A DNA stretch of 64,000 bases from positions 125,521 through 189,520 of the forward strand of contig CAZEVT010000001.1 in the NCBI GenBank assembly GCA_964515005.1, in the 5' to 3' direction. The notes under the pieces were generated by a model, which saw nothing but the letters and a program-made list of their open reading frames with translations, had not been told where the DNA came from and did no database searches. The stretch is from an uncultured Gammaproteobacteria bacterium. GTDB taxonomy: Bacteria; Patescibacteriota; Microgenomatia; UBA10105; UBA927. Shown here piece by piece: positions 29,568 to 39,800 of the stretch. The position numbers were made by a program, and so were the translations under genes. How positions within the stretch are numbered: position 1 is the first letter of the stretch; the number at the start of each line of letters is the position of its first letter.

Positions 29568-31793
29568 ATGTTCAACGCCATACGATCCTGGACCCGCAAG
29601 CGCGTTGCCGTGTGGAAAAAGCTTCCCCGCCGCAAACGGATTTCCTACGCCTTTTGGATTTTGCCGGCTGCACTCGTTCTCGTTTCATACCTTCTCATCT
29701 TTAAAGACCTCCCGTCTCCGACGCGCCTTGCCAATTACGATATTCCCATATCCACCAAAATTTACGACCGAAACGGTAAGCTGCTTTTTGATATTTTTGC
29801 CGATCAAAACCGTACCCCGGTCTCGCTTACGGAAATACCAAAGTATCTGCAGGAGGCAACAATCGCCATCGAAGACAAGGATTTTTACCGCCACCAAGGA
29901 ATCAATCCCATCGGCGGCATGCTGCGTGCCGCAACCGCAACCATCACCCGCCGGCAACTCCAAGGCGGCTCAACGATCACCCAGCAGCTGGTCAAATCAG
30001 CGCTACTTACTCCCGAGCGGACGATCACACGGAAAATAAAGGAAATCATTCTCGCGTTTTGGATGGAGGCGCTCTATTCCAAGGACAAAATTCTTGAACT
30101 GTACCTCAACCAGGTTCCCTACGGCGGAACCGCATGGGGAGTCGAATCCGCAAGCGAGCGCTATTTCGGCAAATCCGTGCGGGACCTCACGCTTGCTGAA
30201 GCAGCCCTTCTTGCCGGACTCCCGCAGGCCCCGACTTTTTATTCGCCATTCGGACAGGATCCCAACCGCGCAAAAGTGCGGCAGCAGGAGGTGCTCACGC
30301 GCATGGTTGCCGACCGGTATATAACGCAGGAGGAGGCAGATGCGGCTGCGGCGGAAGAACTCATATACAAAAATGAAACGGGAATCAAAGCGCCTCACTT
30401 TGTCATGTATGTCCACGAACAGTTGGTGGAAACCTACGGCGAGGCCCTCGTGTCCCGCGGAGGACTAAAAGTCACAACCACGCTTGATTTTGACCTTCAG
30501 GAATTTGCCCAGGCAACGGTCGCGGCAGAAATTGCGAAACTCAAAAATCTTCGCGTCGGTAACGGCGCCGCCCTCGTAACCCGCCCCGCAACCGGCGAGG
30601 TTCTTGCGATGGTCGGGAGTACCGATTACTTTGCCACGCCGTCCGGCAGCTACAATGTCACGACTGCGCTTCGCCAGCCGGGTTCATCGATCAAGCCCAT
30701 CAATTACGCGATCGGTATTGAAAACAGGGTGGTCACGCTTGCGACCATGTTTCTTGATATCCCCACCTGTTTTGGGATACCCGGTCAACCGACCTATTGC
30801 CCGAGAAATTATGACGGCAAATTCCACGGTCCGGTACAACTGCGCATGGCCCTGGGCAACTCCTTCAACATTCCGGCGGTCAAAATGCTGAAGCTTAATT
30901 CCGTCGAAACCATGATCGCCTCCGCATCAGCATTTGGACTCGACACGCTGAAGGACCCAAGCCTCTATGGCCTGTCTTTGACTTTAGGGGGCGGGGAGAT
31001 TCGCATGGTTGATATGGCAGAGGCCTTTGGCGTATTTGCCAACGGCGGGATCAGAAAGGATCTCGTGTCCATTCTCAAAGTCGTTGACAAAAACGGGAAA
31101 GAATTATTCGTGCATGAAGATCCCAATCTTGACCGGGATGTCCCGTCCCAGCTTCTTCTTCAGGGACCGCGCGTCGTATCGGCTGAAACCGCGTTTCTTG
31201 TCTCCCACATCCTCCTGGACAACAACGCACGAGCCGAAGCATTCGGTACCAACTCGACACTGGTCATTCCCGGGCATGCCGTTTCCGTCAAAACGGGCAC
31301 GACCGATGACCTACGGGACAACTGGACGATCGGATTTACCCCGCAGATTCTGGTTGCGACGTGGGTAGGCAACAACAATAATGCCCCTATGAATTCCGCG
31401 CTTGTTTCAGGAGTCACAGGGGCCGCTCCCATCTGGCACAAACTCATGGCGCAGGCCATAAAGGATAAATCCGATGTCTGGCCCAAACAGCCGGAGGGAA
31501 TAGTCGGGGCGCAAATCTGTTCGCTCTCTGGACTCCTTCCTCCTAATTCCGAGGGTGACGACAAAGGCTGTCCTATCCGATTTGAGTATTTTATCAAAGG
31601 AACGGTTCCTTTCGAGCGCGAAAATCTCAAACAAACCGTCATCATCGATAAAGATACAGGAGATATTGTGGAACCCAATCAACCGGAAGCAAACGTCGAA
31701 ACCCAGGAACACCAGGTCCTGAAAGACACCCTCGGCTCCATGTGGTGTCTGGATTGCCCGCACCCGGAAGGCGCGAAAGTGTTTATCAAATAA
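29568..31793 (+). CDS. Class A penicillin-binding protein (PBP1A-type bifunctional glycosyltransferase/transpeptidase)
   Basis: Glycosyltransferase motifs EDKDFYRHQGI and GGSTITQQLVK. Transpeptidase SxxK and KTGTT (SVKTGTTDD). Confidence 0.9.
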   Translation: MFNAIRSWTRKRVAVWKKLPRRKRISYAFWILPAALVLVSYLLIFKDLPSPTRLANYDIPISTKIYDRNGKLLFDIFADQNRTPVSLTEIPKYLQEATIAIEDKDFYRHQGINPIGGMLRAATATITRRQLQGGSTITQQLVKSALLTPERTITRKIKEIILAFWMEALYSKDKILELYLNQVPYGGTAWGVESASERYFGKSVRDLTLAEAALLAGLPQAPTFYSPFGQDPNRAKVRQQEVLTRMVADRYITQEEADAAAAEELIYKNETGIKAPHFVMYVHEQLVETYGEALVSRGGLKVTTTLDFDLQEFAQATVAAEIAKLKNLRVGNGAALVTRPATGEVLAMVGSTDYFATPSGSYNVTTALRQPGSSIKPINYAIGIENRVVTLATMFLDIPTCFGIPGQPTYCPRNYDGKFHGPVQLRMALGNSFNIPAVKMLKLNSVETMIASASAFGLDTLKDPSLYGLSLTLGGGEIRMVDMAEAFGVFANGGIRKDLVSILKVVDKNGKELFVHEDPNLDRDVPSQLLLQGPRVVSAETAFLVSHILLDNNARAEAFGTNSTLVIPGHAVSVKTGTTDDLRDNWTIGFTPQILVATWVGNNNNAPMNSALVSGVTGAAPIWHKLMAQAIKDKSDVWPKQPEGIVGAQICSLSGLLPPNSEGDDKGCPIRFEYFIKGTVPFERENLKQTVIIDKDTGDIVEPNQPEANVETQEHQVLKDTLGSMWCLDCPHPEGAKVFIK

Positions 31794-31840
31794 CCTCCCC
31801 CCTTGTCCCGAAGCTGACGGCGTGATATAACTCTGCCACT

Positions 31841-34195
31841 ATGGCCCGTCGCCGCGATCCAAAGCCAAAAAACAATATATTCGTACGGTTCCTGCTCCTT
31901 TTTGGGATGGCACTTATCGCCATCGGCGACACGGTGCGATATCCGTTCCGGGTCCTGTTTTACCTACTGTCCACGGTCTACAACGTGCTCAAAGTATTAT
32001 CCACCGAATCCACATACGCGCTGGTAAGTTGGATCAAGGAAAAAACGACGATTCAAAAGCCAAAACCCACGACAAAAAAGCCCAGTCGAAAGCTCCCCAG
32101 GATTGATCTGCCGCGCTTTCGCTTTGCCTTACCAAAAATTTCACTCCCGTCCTTCCGTTTCCCTGTGTGGAAAAAGCGGCTCATCAAACTCCCGCCGCCG
32201 CCAACTATCATCCAGATAGCACCCACGAAGTGGGAACTCGCCAAATCGTTTGTTGCAGGCATATGCATTACCATACTCTTTTTTGTCATTCCCTACGGAA
32301 GCTATCAGTGGCTCAAGGCCCTCCCCAATCCCCAGCTTCTATCGAGGCGTGATCTGGAAGTAACCACAAAAATTTTTGACCGGAATGGCGTACTCCTCTA
32401 TGAGGTATATACCGACCAGAACCGCACACCCATCCCGCTACCGGATATTCCCCTCATCCTCCAGGAAGCAACCATCGCCATAGAAGACAAAGGCTTCTAC
32501 CAGCACCCGGGCTTCTCCATAACTGCAATGGTACGTGCCGCACGCGAAACAATCCTCAATAAACACATCCAAGGGGGGTCAACGATTACCCAGCAGCTCA
32601 TCAAGTCCGCGCTTCTTTCACCGGAAGTCACCCTGACTCGGAAACTGAAGGAAATTCTTCTGGCATTTTGGGCAGAACGCCTATATGGCAAACAGGAAAT
32701 TTTGGAAATGTACCTCAATCAGGTTCCCTACGGCGGCACCGCATGGGGAGTGGAAGCCGCAAGCCAGAGGTACTTCGGCAAATCGGTCGCCAAGATTAAT
32801 CTGGCCGAGGCCGCCATCCTCGCCGGGCTCCCTGCCGCTCCGACCGAGTATTCACCGTTTGGCGCCCACCCGGACAAAGCGTTTGAACGTCAGAAGGAAG
32901 TACTCCGCCGTATGGTGGAAGACCGCTATATTACCCAGGAAGAGGAACAAGCGGCCCTGATCACCCCGATCCAATTTATCCAGCCTCGCGTGGCAATCCG
33001 CGCTCCCCATTTTGTCATGTACATCAAAGATCTCCTCGAAAAACGCTACGGGCCGCGACTCGTTGATCACGGAGGCTTACGAATCACGACGTCCCTTGAC
33101 GTCAATATCCAGGAAAAAGCAGAGGACATCGTCAGCTCTGAGGTCGAATCGCTTGCCAGGCTTTCGGTCGGCAACGGGGCCGCCCTTATCACCAACCCAA
33201 AAACCGGCGAAATTCTTGCCATGGTGGGCAGTAAAAACTACTTTGACCTTGCCCATGACGGGAACGTCAATGTAACAACGAGCCTTCGCCAGCCGGGTTC
33301 TTCCATAAAAGTAATCAACTACGCGGCTGCCCTGGAAAACGGCTTTACGGCAGCAAGCATTCTTGATGATTCTCCGGTCATCTACAATATACCCGGAAGC
33401 CAGCCGTATGCCCCGGTCAATTATGACGGCACATTCCACGGTCCAACTCCCCTGCGGTATGCGCTTGCCAATTCTTATAATGTGCCGGCGGTGCGTACTC
33501 TTGCTAAAATCGGCGTGCCGGCTATGGTGGAAAAGGGACGGGTGATGGGCATAGAATCATGGGAAGACGACAGCCGCTTTGGGCTTTCCCTCACGTTGGG
33601 GGCCGGAGAAGTGACGATGCTTGATATGGCCCGCGTCTACGGGACGCTTGCCAATGGCGGGAAACGCGTGGAACTCATGCCCATCCTCGAAGTGACAGAC
33701 TACACGGGCCGGGTAATTGAAAAACGATCGCCGAAATCTGGAACGCCTGCAGTCAAGCCGGAAGTTGCATGGATCATGAGTAGTATCTTAAGCGACAACA
33801 CGGCGCGCATGTCAGCATTCGGTCCGAACTCAAGCCTGGTTATCCCCGGTCACACGGTATCGGTCAAAACCGGCACAACGAATGAAAAGCGCGATAACTG
33901 GACAATCGGATACACGCCGTCACTTTTAACCGCCGTCTGGGTCGGAAACAACAATAATGCACCCATGAACCCCTTTCTTACCTCGGGAGTGACGGGAGCC
34001 GCTCCTATTTGGCATACCATCATGGTAGAACTTCTCAAGGGCAAGCCAGACGAGATTCCGCTGGTGCCGGAAGGCATAGTGACCGTCCCCTGCTACTTCA
34101 ACCGCCCGGAATACTTCGTGAAAGGCACTGAACCAGCAGGAAGCAGGTGTGCCGCTATCCCCACACCATCGGTCACTCCGAGTCCCACACCATAA
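31841..34195 (+). CDS. Class A penicillin-binding protein, tandem paralog
   Basis: Same architecture: EDKGFYQHPGF, GGSTITQQLIK and SVKTGTTNE. Long basic N-terminal cytoplasmic extension. Confidence 0.9.
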   Translation: MARRRDPKPKNNIFVRFLLLFGMALIAIGDTVRYPFRVLFYLLSTVYNVLKVLSTESTYALVSWIKEKTTIQKPKPTTKKPSRKLPRIDLPRFRFALPKISLPSFRFPVWKKRLIKLPPPPTIIQIAPTKWELAKSFVAGICITILFFVIPYGSYQWLKALPNPQLLSRRDLEVTTKIFDRNGVLLYEVYTDQNRTPIPLPDIPLILQEATIAIEDKGFYQHPGFSITAMVRAARETILNKHIQGGSTITQQLIKSALLSPEVTLTRKLKEILLAFWAERLYGKQEILEMYLNQVPYGGTAWGVEAASQRYFGKSVAKINLAEAAILAGLPAAPTEYSPFGAHPDKAFERQKEVLRRMVEDRYITQEEEQAALITPIQFIQPRVAIRAPHFVMYIKDLLEKRYGPRLVDHGGLRITTSLDVNIQEKAEDIVSSEVESLARLSVGNGAALITNPKTGEILAMVGSKNYFDLAHDGNVNVTTSLRQPGSSIKVINYAAALENGFTAASILDDSPVIYNIPGSQPYAPVNYDGTFHGPTPLRYALANSYNVPAVRTLAKIGVPAMVEKGRVMGIESWEDDSRFGLSLTLGAGEVTMLDMARVYGTLANGGKRVELMPILEVTDYTGRVIEKRSPKSGTPAVKPEVAWIMSSILSDNTARMSAFGPNSSLVIPGHTVSVKTGTTNEKRDNWTIGYTPSLLTAVWVGNNNNAPMNPFLTSGVTGAAPIWHTIMVELLKGKPDEIPLVPEGIVTVPCYFNRPEYFVKGTEPAGSRCAAIPTPSVTPSPTP

Positions 34196-34197
34196 CC

Positions 34198-34671
34198 TTA
34201 CTCCGTCACGACCACCGAACCCGTAACACTCGCATTCACGTGATTATGATACTTCCACGTCCCGATTTTGGTGAATGCGTACTCGTACGTTCCGCTTTTC
34301 CCCACACTAGCAAGCTGATCAAATCCCGCAAGGATGCTATGTGTAGGGTGCGGAGCAGAAGCAACCCACATGGCACCACCCGATTCGTTGACGAATGTCA
34401 CCGTCGTACCCGCTTTCACGGTCACCGGGTTCGGTGCAAATCCGCCCTCGGTAAGCGTTACAACGACGCGCGCTGCCTCTCCCCCCTTCTCCAATGAACT
34501 TGCGCCCGTTCCTGTTCCTTCCGGAGCTCCAAGATTCGACCCCGAAGGACTCGATTCCTCCGTCGTTTTCTCTTCAGTTGTCATGGCCGGTGTATTTCCT
34601 TTCAGGAAATACCACCCAGCGAGGACTCCTGCCGCCAACACCACAAGACCGATAAATACTTTATTGTTCAT
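34198..34671 (-). CDS. Membrane-anchored cupredoxin-like domain protein
   Basis: N-terminal TM helix, then low-complexity linker, then VTVKAGTTVTFVNESGGAMWV...HPTHS, which is plastocyanin-like. No obvious Cys ligand. Confidence 0.45.
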   Translation of the reverse strand: MNNKVFIGLVVLAAGVLAGWYFLKGNTPAMTTEEKTTEESSPSGSNLGAPEGTGTGASSLEKGGEAARVVVTLTEGGFAPNPVTVKAGTTVTFVNESGGAMWVASAPHPTHSILAGFDQLASVGKSGTYEYAFTKIGTWKYHNHVNASVTGSVVVTE

Positions 34672-34689
34672 AATTCACCCCCTTTCTTG

Positions 34690-35160
34690 CTACGTGTACC
34701 TGTCTGCTACTTTACTTGCTGCATAGCTTTCCGGCTTGATTTTTACCGCATATCCTGAGCCGCGAATCATCCCGGTGATTTCGTTGATCATCTCATGGGT
34801 CGCACCAAAGTTTCCGATATCCACATGGATCTCCACGTCATACTTCGTGACGCCGTCGCGGTGCAAAAGTGCCAGTACTGTTTCCGCCATCTCCAGGGAC
34901 ATGGTCGCCTCCTCGTACATGCGGTCCCGTAGTACATACGTTTTTTTGTTTACCGACCTTTTCCAAAAGTAAATCCCGCCGGTGCCGATCCGGTGGACAA
35001 CGACGGCCGTCACGAAATCCACGCCTGATCCGTTGTGGGGCTGGGAATCCGTGCCGACGACGAGTTGATATTTCTTGTCCGGTTCGGCGGAGAGGAAGGC
35101 AAGAATTTTTTCCCTGATCTGGGCAAGCTCGAGCGTGCCATAGGTGGGGCTTTGGAACAT
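34690..35160 (-). CDS. YkuK/DUF458-family RNase H-like protein
   Basis: QLVVGTDSQ...VTAVVVHRIGTGGIYF is the typical DUF458 pattern. Confidence 0.55.
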   Translation of the reverse strand: MFQSPTYGTLELAQIREKILAFLSAEPDKKYQLVVGTDSQPHNGSGVDFVTAVVVHRIGTGGIYFWKRSVNKKTYVLRDRMYEEATMSLEMAETVLALLHRDGVTKYDVEIHVDIGNFGATHEMINEITGMIRGSGYAVKIKPESYAASKVADRYT

Positions 35161-35177
35161 AGAAGGCTATTGTACCA

Positions 35178-35205
35178 CCAAAAACCCCGACTTTCATCGG
35201 GGCTC
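35178..35205 (-). terminator. Rho-independent terminator after the RRM gene
   Basis: ccccgactttcatcgggg forms a hairpin flanked by A-rich sequence on the plus strand, which is U-rich on the minus strand. Confidence 0.5.
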
Positions 35206-35230
35206 TCGGTTTTAGTAATACGTTTCCGTT

Positions 35231-35497
35231 TTACTGTTGTGGTCGCTCTTCGCGAGGTCGTGCTTCGTTTACAACGAGTGCGCGGCCTTCAATGTCTTTG
35301 CCATTGAACATTTCAATAGCTTTCTTTGTTTCTTCATCGGTTGCCATTTCGACAAATCCGAATCCTCGTGATCTCCCGGAATATTTGTCCGAGATCACTT
35401 TGGCAGAAACGACGCTGCCGGCTCCGGCAAATAATTGCCCAAGCTTGTCATTGTCCATCGCGTAAGGAAGATTCCCTACAAATAGATTAGTTGCCAT
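35231..35497 (-). CDS. RRM-type RNA-binding protein
   Basis: RNP-2 is LFVGNLPY and RNP-1 is RGFGFVEM. Confidence 0.85.
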   Translation of the reverse strand: MATNLFVGNLPYAMDNDKLGQLFAGAGSVVSAKVISDKYSGRSRGFGFVEMATDEETKKAIEMFNGKDIEGRALVVNEARPREERPQQ

Positions 35498-35625
35498 GAT
35501 TGACTCCTTTCTCCTTAGGACTTAAAGGGGCTTTCGCCTAAAGAGAAAACAAGAAGATAAACTTCTCTCTCAACAGGACTTCCACACTTCTTTCCTAGGT
35601 CAACTGCATTATACCATACCACCCA

Positions 35626-36243
35626 TTACTCAACAACCTCTTCCTCATCAACATCTGCGCCGCCCGGCGCCCCTTGTTGCGAACTGGAGCTTTCTTCGGT
35701 GACGAATGCGAAGCTCGTCGAAACCGAGTCAAAAACGCCGCTCCAGTATTCCTTGTCCGTCATCGTCGCCTCAACGGAAAACAGGAGATTCTCGCTTACC
35801 GTTCCTACGGTCAAGAGATCCCCGACGATGATTTTTTTGGCAGGCTCGCCGCCTAGCGTACTGTCAATAACCGTGCCGCCGGCGAATGCTTTTTCGAGTT
35901 TCACCCAGGAGGCAACATCCGTGACCCCTTTCGGCAGATCTTTGACCCATATAATGATGTTTCCGGGGTGATTTTTGTGAGTCAGCTCTACATGCGCATA
36001 ATTTTGGTTATCCTCCTCGTGTTTGTTGGTTACAAGCACCTTCGGGTACTGAAAACTAAATCCCGCCTCATCCGTCCATGTGACCATCCCCTCTGCTATA
36101 GGCGCGGAATTCGACACTTCTGTTCCGCCGGGAGAAAGGATTTCCTGTGAAGATTTGGTTTTCCATGCGTATACGCCGGCCACTCCGGCAACTACAATAA
36201 CGCCGATAATGATATACTTATGCCATGAAGAAAATATCCGCAT
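35626..36243 (-). CDS. Membrane-anchored hypothetical protein
   Basis: N-terminal TM helix IIIGVIVVAGVAGVYAW. Acidic C-terminus. Confidence 0.4.
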   Translation of the reverse strand: MRIFSSWHKYIIIGVIVVAGVAGVYAWKTKSSQEILSPGGTEVSNSAPIAEGMVTWTDEAGFSFQYPKVLVTNKHEEDNQNYAHVELTHKNHPGNIIIWVKDLPKGVTDVASWVKLEKAFAGGTVIDSTLGGEPAKKIIVGDLLTVGTVSENLLFSVEATMTDKEYWSGVFDSVSTSFAFVTEESSSSQQGAPGGADVDEEEVVE

Positions 36244-36635
36244 TACTATGTATTATAATGTTTTTTTCGATATTCACCAGCCCTGTGTATGCGCTTAAGA
36301 AACGCATACGCGCTCCCAAGCCCGCTGGCGCCGGATATTCTAGTGTCCGTCTTTCCAGGCCCTCGCACAGCACGATCGTTTCGTTTCTCTCAAAAACAAA
36401 CGTCAAGCGGTTTGATTATGTCCTTTCCTACGCCGCAAACGGCATTGAACAGGGAGTAGTCGGATCGTTTGTGCCGACAGGCGCGGGGAGCCAGTCCCGC
36501 GATCTCTATTTTGGCACTTGCAGTCATGGGGTCTGTACGCCGCATTATGGCATAACGGGCGCGACGCTTACCGTAACCACGACGCTGTCGGGTGGCGCCT
36601 CATATATCAAACGTTACCGCTTCAAAAGTGTCTGA
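36225..36635 (+). CDS. Secreted hypothetical protein
   Basis: Signal peptide MKKISALLCIIMFFSIFTSPVYA. Confidence 0.35.
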   Translation: MKKISALLCIIMFFSIFTSPVYALKKRIRAPKPAGAGYSSVRLSRPSHSTIVSFLSKTNVKRFDYVLSYAANGIEQGVVGSFVPTGAGSQSRDLYFGTCSHGVCTPHYGITGATLTVTTTLSGGASYIKRYRFKSV

Positions 36636-37381
36636 CCCGCCCACGGTCTTCGGATGAAGAAAAACCCGATGAGATTTGCCCCAAGCAGCGCAAGAAGTAG
36701 TGGGTCGAGGTGAAATACCGGGAAATAGCTCTGCACTGCCACGAGTACCCCAACGAGTGCTCCCCACCCGTATCGCCATATCTTACCGCTTGGAGAACTG
36801 ACCGGCTCCGAAAGCATGATACATGCAAACAAAAATACCGTCCCATCAATAGTTAAGGTGAGAGACCTGGTTATAAAAAAATATACCAATAAAAATACTC
36901 CGGTCATCCATGCCCTTCGCAGTTTCCAAAGCACATACGCCATTCCCACGGCAATGATCAGTACCGGCGCGATTCCCCACGACGCGCCCCACCACGCGAC
37001 CGGCACACCAAATATATACGAGGCGCCAAGAATCCCGATTGCTGCGGGATTGAATACGTGCCGATGATCTCCTAACCCAAAGACTTGTTTACTTACCGCA
37101 GCAATTGCTGCCGCTACAATAGGCGGACCCACGCCGGATGTCGGATCAACAATAAGACCGATCAAGAGTCCGGTTACCGTTGTTGACAGGGTAAACGCCC
37201 ATTGTCGTTTGCGTATGTATGAAACAATGAGGTCAAAAAAAATCGATGACGTGAGGACAACAATGGGAATCCAAACGCGGGAAATTTCAAAGCGGTAGAC
37301 AAGGGCACCAAACCACAACACAAGAAGCGTCGCGATAACCTTTCCGCGGCTACTCGCCCACCAAATGCGAATCTGATTCAT
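36614..37381 (-). CDS. Polytopic membrane protein, NqrB/RnfD-like family
   Basis: FGLGDHRHVFNPAAIGILG resembles the RnfD/NqrB GxxxNPFNPA region. The assignment is tentative. Confidence 0.45.
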   Translation of the reverse strand: MNQIRIWWASSRGKVIATLLVLWFGALVYRFEISRVWIPIVVLTSSIFFDLIVSYIRKRQWAFTLSTTVTGLLIGLIVDPTSGVGPPIVAAAIAAVSKQVFGLGDHRHVFNPAAIGILGASYIFGVPVAWWGASWGIAPVLIIAVGMAYVLWKLRRAWMTGVFLLVYFFITRSLTLTIDGTVFLFACIMLSEPVSSPSGKIWRYGWGALVGVLVAVQSYFPVFHLDPLLLALLGANLIGFFFIRRPWAGQTLLKR

Positions 37382-37407
37382 AGGTACTATTGTAGTATAC
37401 TTTCTCT

Positions 37408-38163
37408 ATGAATATCGTCCACGCAATAATTCTTTCCATTGTTGAGGGCATCACCGAATTTCTCCCCATTTCGTCAACCGGCCACATGATTTTAGTAAGT
37501 ACGATACTACAGATTCAAGAAACAGACTTCGTCAAAAGCTTTGAAATAATCATCCAATTGGGCGCGATACTTGCCGTCCTAATTCTTTATTGGAAAAAAT
37601 TACTTACGAATAAAGAAATATTTATACGCGTCGCCATTGCCTTTATTCCGACGGCAATTGTTGGACTCGTTTTATACAAATACATTAAAGACATGCTTCT
37701 TGGAAATCCTTGGATTGTTGTGTGGAGTCTGGGAATAGGCGGAGTTCTTCTGTTGCTGCTTGAAAAATATCATAGTGAAAAAACAGAGCGCATGAGCCTC
37801 TTTCAGGCTTTTTTGGTAGGATGTGCACAGGCGCTTTCCATTATCCCGGGTGTATCGCGCGCAGCAGCGACGATTGTCGGCGCGCTTCTTTTAGGAATAA
37901 AACGCGAACAGGCCGTTGAGTTTTCGTTCCTCCTTGCCATTCCCACGATGGCTGCGGCAACCGGTCTTGATTTAGTCATAAGCGGAAGGCAATTTACCGG
38001 AAATCAGTATGAAATCCTCGCTATCGGCTTTCTCGGAGCCTTCATCACGGCGCTTGTTACCGTAAAATGGTTTATCGGGTTCGTCAAAACCCATAGTTTC
38101 ATGCCGTTTGCGGTTTACCGAATCGTGGCCGCAGCAGCCTTTTACTTCTTCATACTGAAGTAA
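37408..38163 (+). CDS. uppP: Undecaprenyl-diphosphatase UppP (BacA)
   Basis: IVEGITEFLPISSTGHMIL and ...PGVSRAAATIVGALLLG are conserved BacA motifs. Confidence 0.9.
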   Translation: MNIVHAIILSIVEGITEFLPISSTGHMILVSTILQIQETDFVKSFEIIIQLGAILAVLILYWKKLLTNKEIFIRVAIAFIPTAIVGLVLYKYIKDMLLGNPWIVVWSLGIGGVLLLLLEKYHSEKTERMSLFQAFLVGCAQALSIIPGVSRAAATIVGALLLGIKREQAVEFSFLLAIPTMAAATGLDLVISGRQFTGNQYEILAIGFLGAFITALVTVKWFIGFVKTHSFMPFAVYRIVAAAAFYFFILK

Positions 38164-38168
38164 CCACC

Positions 38169-38198
38169 AAAAACCCCGCCTCGGCGGGGTTTTTGTTT
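38169..38198. terminator. Bidirectional rho-independent terminator between uppP and the pilin gene
   Basis: aaaaaccccgcctcggcggggtttttg is a perfect GC hairpin flanked by A and T runs on both sides. Confidence 0.65.
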
Positions 38199-38216
38199 AT
38201 ACTGCCAATTCCTCTT

Positions 38217-38702
38217 TTATCGGGTTACCGAAATAACCGCACTCAACTCTGCGGCTGGAGCGCTCACGGTCACTCGGTTATCGGTTGTGCTTCGCACGAC
38301 CGTGTAGTTTGTACTATACCCGGCGAGTGCCCCACAGTCGGTCACCGGCGTCCCGTTGTTGGTCAACGGATCCACAGGCAATGCGGCCAAGTAGGTCGTC
38401 ACCACTGCGGCGCAGATATTTACTTGTCCGTTTACGGTATCTGATCCGATGATTCCCGGTCCTGCGGTCGTAGCGGGAATACCAGCCGGAAGCTGTCCTT
38501 TATTGTCTGCTGCGTACTGGTCAATCGCGTTTAAGATCGCATTCACGTCGCTTGACCTCTTCGTGTTGTTGGCAGAAGCAAACTGCCGTGCGGGATTGAT
38601 GGCGATTAATGTAATTGCCAAGAGGACCGCCAAGATCCCGATGACAACGAGTAACTCAATGAGCGTAAAACCTCGACGCTCGGCGGGCAGTATATGTTTC
38701 AT
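38217..38702 (-). CDS. Type IV pilin (prepilin N-terminal methylation domain), probable major pilin
   Basis: GFTLIELLVVIGILAVLLAITLIAI follows a short leader. Confidence 0.8.
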   Translation of the reverse strand: MKHILPAERRGFTLIELLVVIGILAVLLAITLIAINPARQFASANNTKRSSDVNAILNAIDQYAADNKGQLPAGIPATTAGPGIIGSDTVNGQVNICAAVVTTYLAALPVDPLTNNGTPVTDCGALAGYSTNYTVVRSTTDNRVTVSAPAAELSAVISVTR

Positions 38703-38735
38703 ATGTATCTACCGTACCGTGGTGTCAGAGGTTTG

Positions 38736-39422
38736 TCAAGGGGCGGGCTGCGAGAATATAACAAAGACAAGAACAAGTAGTAATACTCCGAATATGCTCA
38801 CCATGATCATGAGGCGAGGATTACTTTTGGTTGTCGGAACATTTGAAGGCCCTTTCCCAGCCGGCACATTTTCCGTGGCGGTTTCTAAAACGCTTTGTTC
38901 TTTAAGCACCTCTATATGCTTTAACACATATCCGCCCATCTCCGCATCTAACCACCGTTTCGCCGCAAGACTGCCCAGCAGAAATGCCGGAATTGCCCCA
39001 ACAACATGCAACCCCTGCAAAAAAAAGGCATGCCGCAGGGCATCCATATATAATTTATTCATGGCTAACGCTCTTTTCCCGCTCTCTAGGGATATAATTT
39101 TGGTCGTCAGCTCTTCAAACGGCACCCGATCATAAAAAGCAAGTATTTCTGTTTCCCGCTGGCTATCCGTTGTTGCCGTAACCGGTGCCTCAAAATAGGT
39201 ATTTGCCGAAAGCACAAAAAAAAGATTTGCTCCGCCCAGATTGTTCTGCTGGAGCCATTGATTGACCAGCGTGTATAGTGCGTCCCGGTTCACCACATCT
39301 AAATCTTTGACGATCGTGACGGGAATTTCAAGAGCAAGTATCGCGGACAATCCGCCTCCAAAAAATTGAAGCCGGTTGCGGTCTACGTAGACGACGATCG
39401 TTGCTTTGGATTTTCCTAACAT
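38736..39422 (-). CDS. Pilus-locus hypothetical protein with C-terminal TM anchor
   Basis: ORF within the pilin gene string. C-terminal TM helix LMIMVSIFGVLLLVLVFVIF. Confidence 0.35.
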   Translation of the reverse strand: MLGKSKATIVVYVDRNRLQFFGGGLSAILALEIPVTIVKDLDVVNRDALYTLVNQWLQQNNLGGANLFFVLSANTYFEAPVTATTDSQRETEILAFYDRVPFEELTTKIISLESGKRALAMNKLYMDALRHAFFLQGLHVVGAIPAFLLGSLAAKRWLDAEMGGYVLKHIEVLKEQSVLETATENVPAGKGPSNVPTTKSNPRLMIMVSIFGVLLLVLVFVIFSQPAP

Positions 39423-39800
39423 CTAATATACCTCCTGCCAGGAATTGATAATGAGTTCGGTATTTTGAAAACGTGCAGAAACGGATGCCGTTCGGACAAA
39501 GTTTCCGGCCTCCCCACGGGAAACGACGATCATCGGATCCCCTCCTGTTATAGTAACTGTGGCACTCCCGCCATCGATAGTCAAGGTTTCCGTACCCCTG
39601 ACGGTCGGATCTCGGACGAGCCGTAAGAGTGCATTTTCAGCGCCGGACTCCGCAACACGCAGGGCCGATTCTCCTTGTTCTACTTGGCTAGCCGCCTGCG
39701 AATTGATAATGACAAGTGCAACTGCCATCGTCGTCATGATGATGGCAACGACCATAAAAACCAGAAGTACAACTAACGCTTGACCTTTGTTTTTTTTCAT
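39423..39800 (-). CDS. Pilin-like protein (non-canonical N-terminal hydrophobic helix)
   Basis: KGQALVVLLVFMVVAIIMTTMAVALVI is pilin-like but lacks a clear GFTLxE motif. Confidence 0.45.
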   Translation of the reverse strand: MKKNKGQALVVLLVFMVVAIIMTTMAVALVIINSQAASQVEQGESALRVAESGAENALLRLVRDPTVRGTETLTIDGGSATVTITGGDPMIVVSRGEAGNFVRTASVSARFQNTELIINSWQEVY

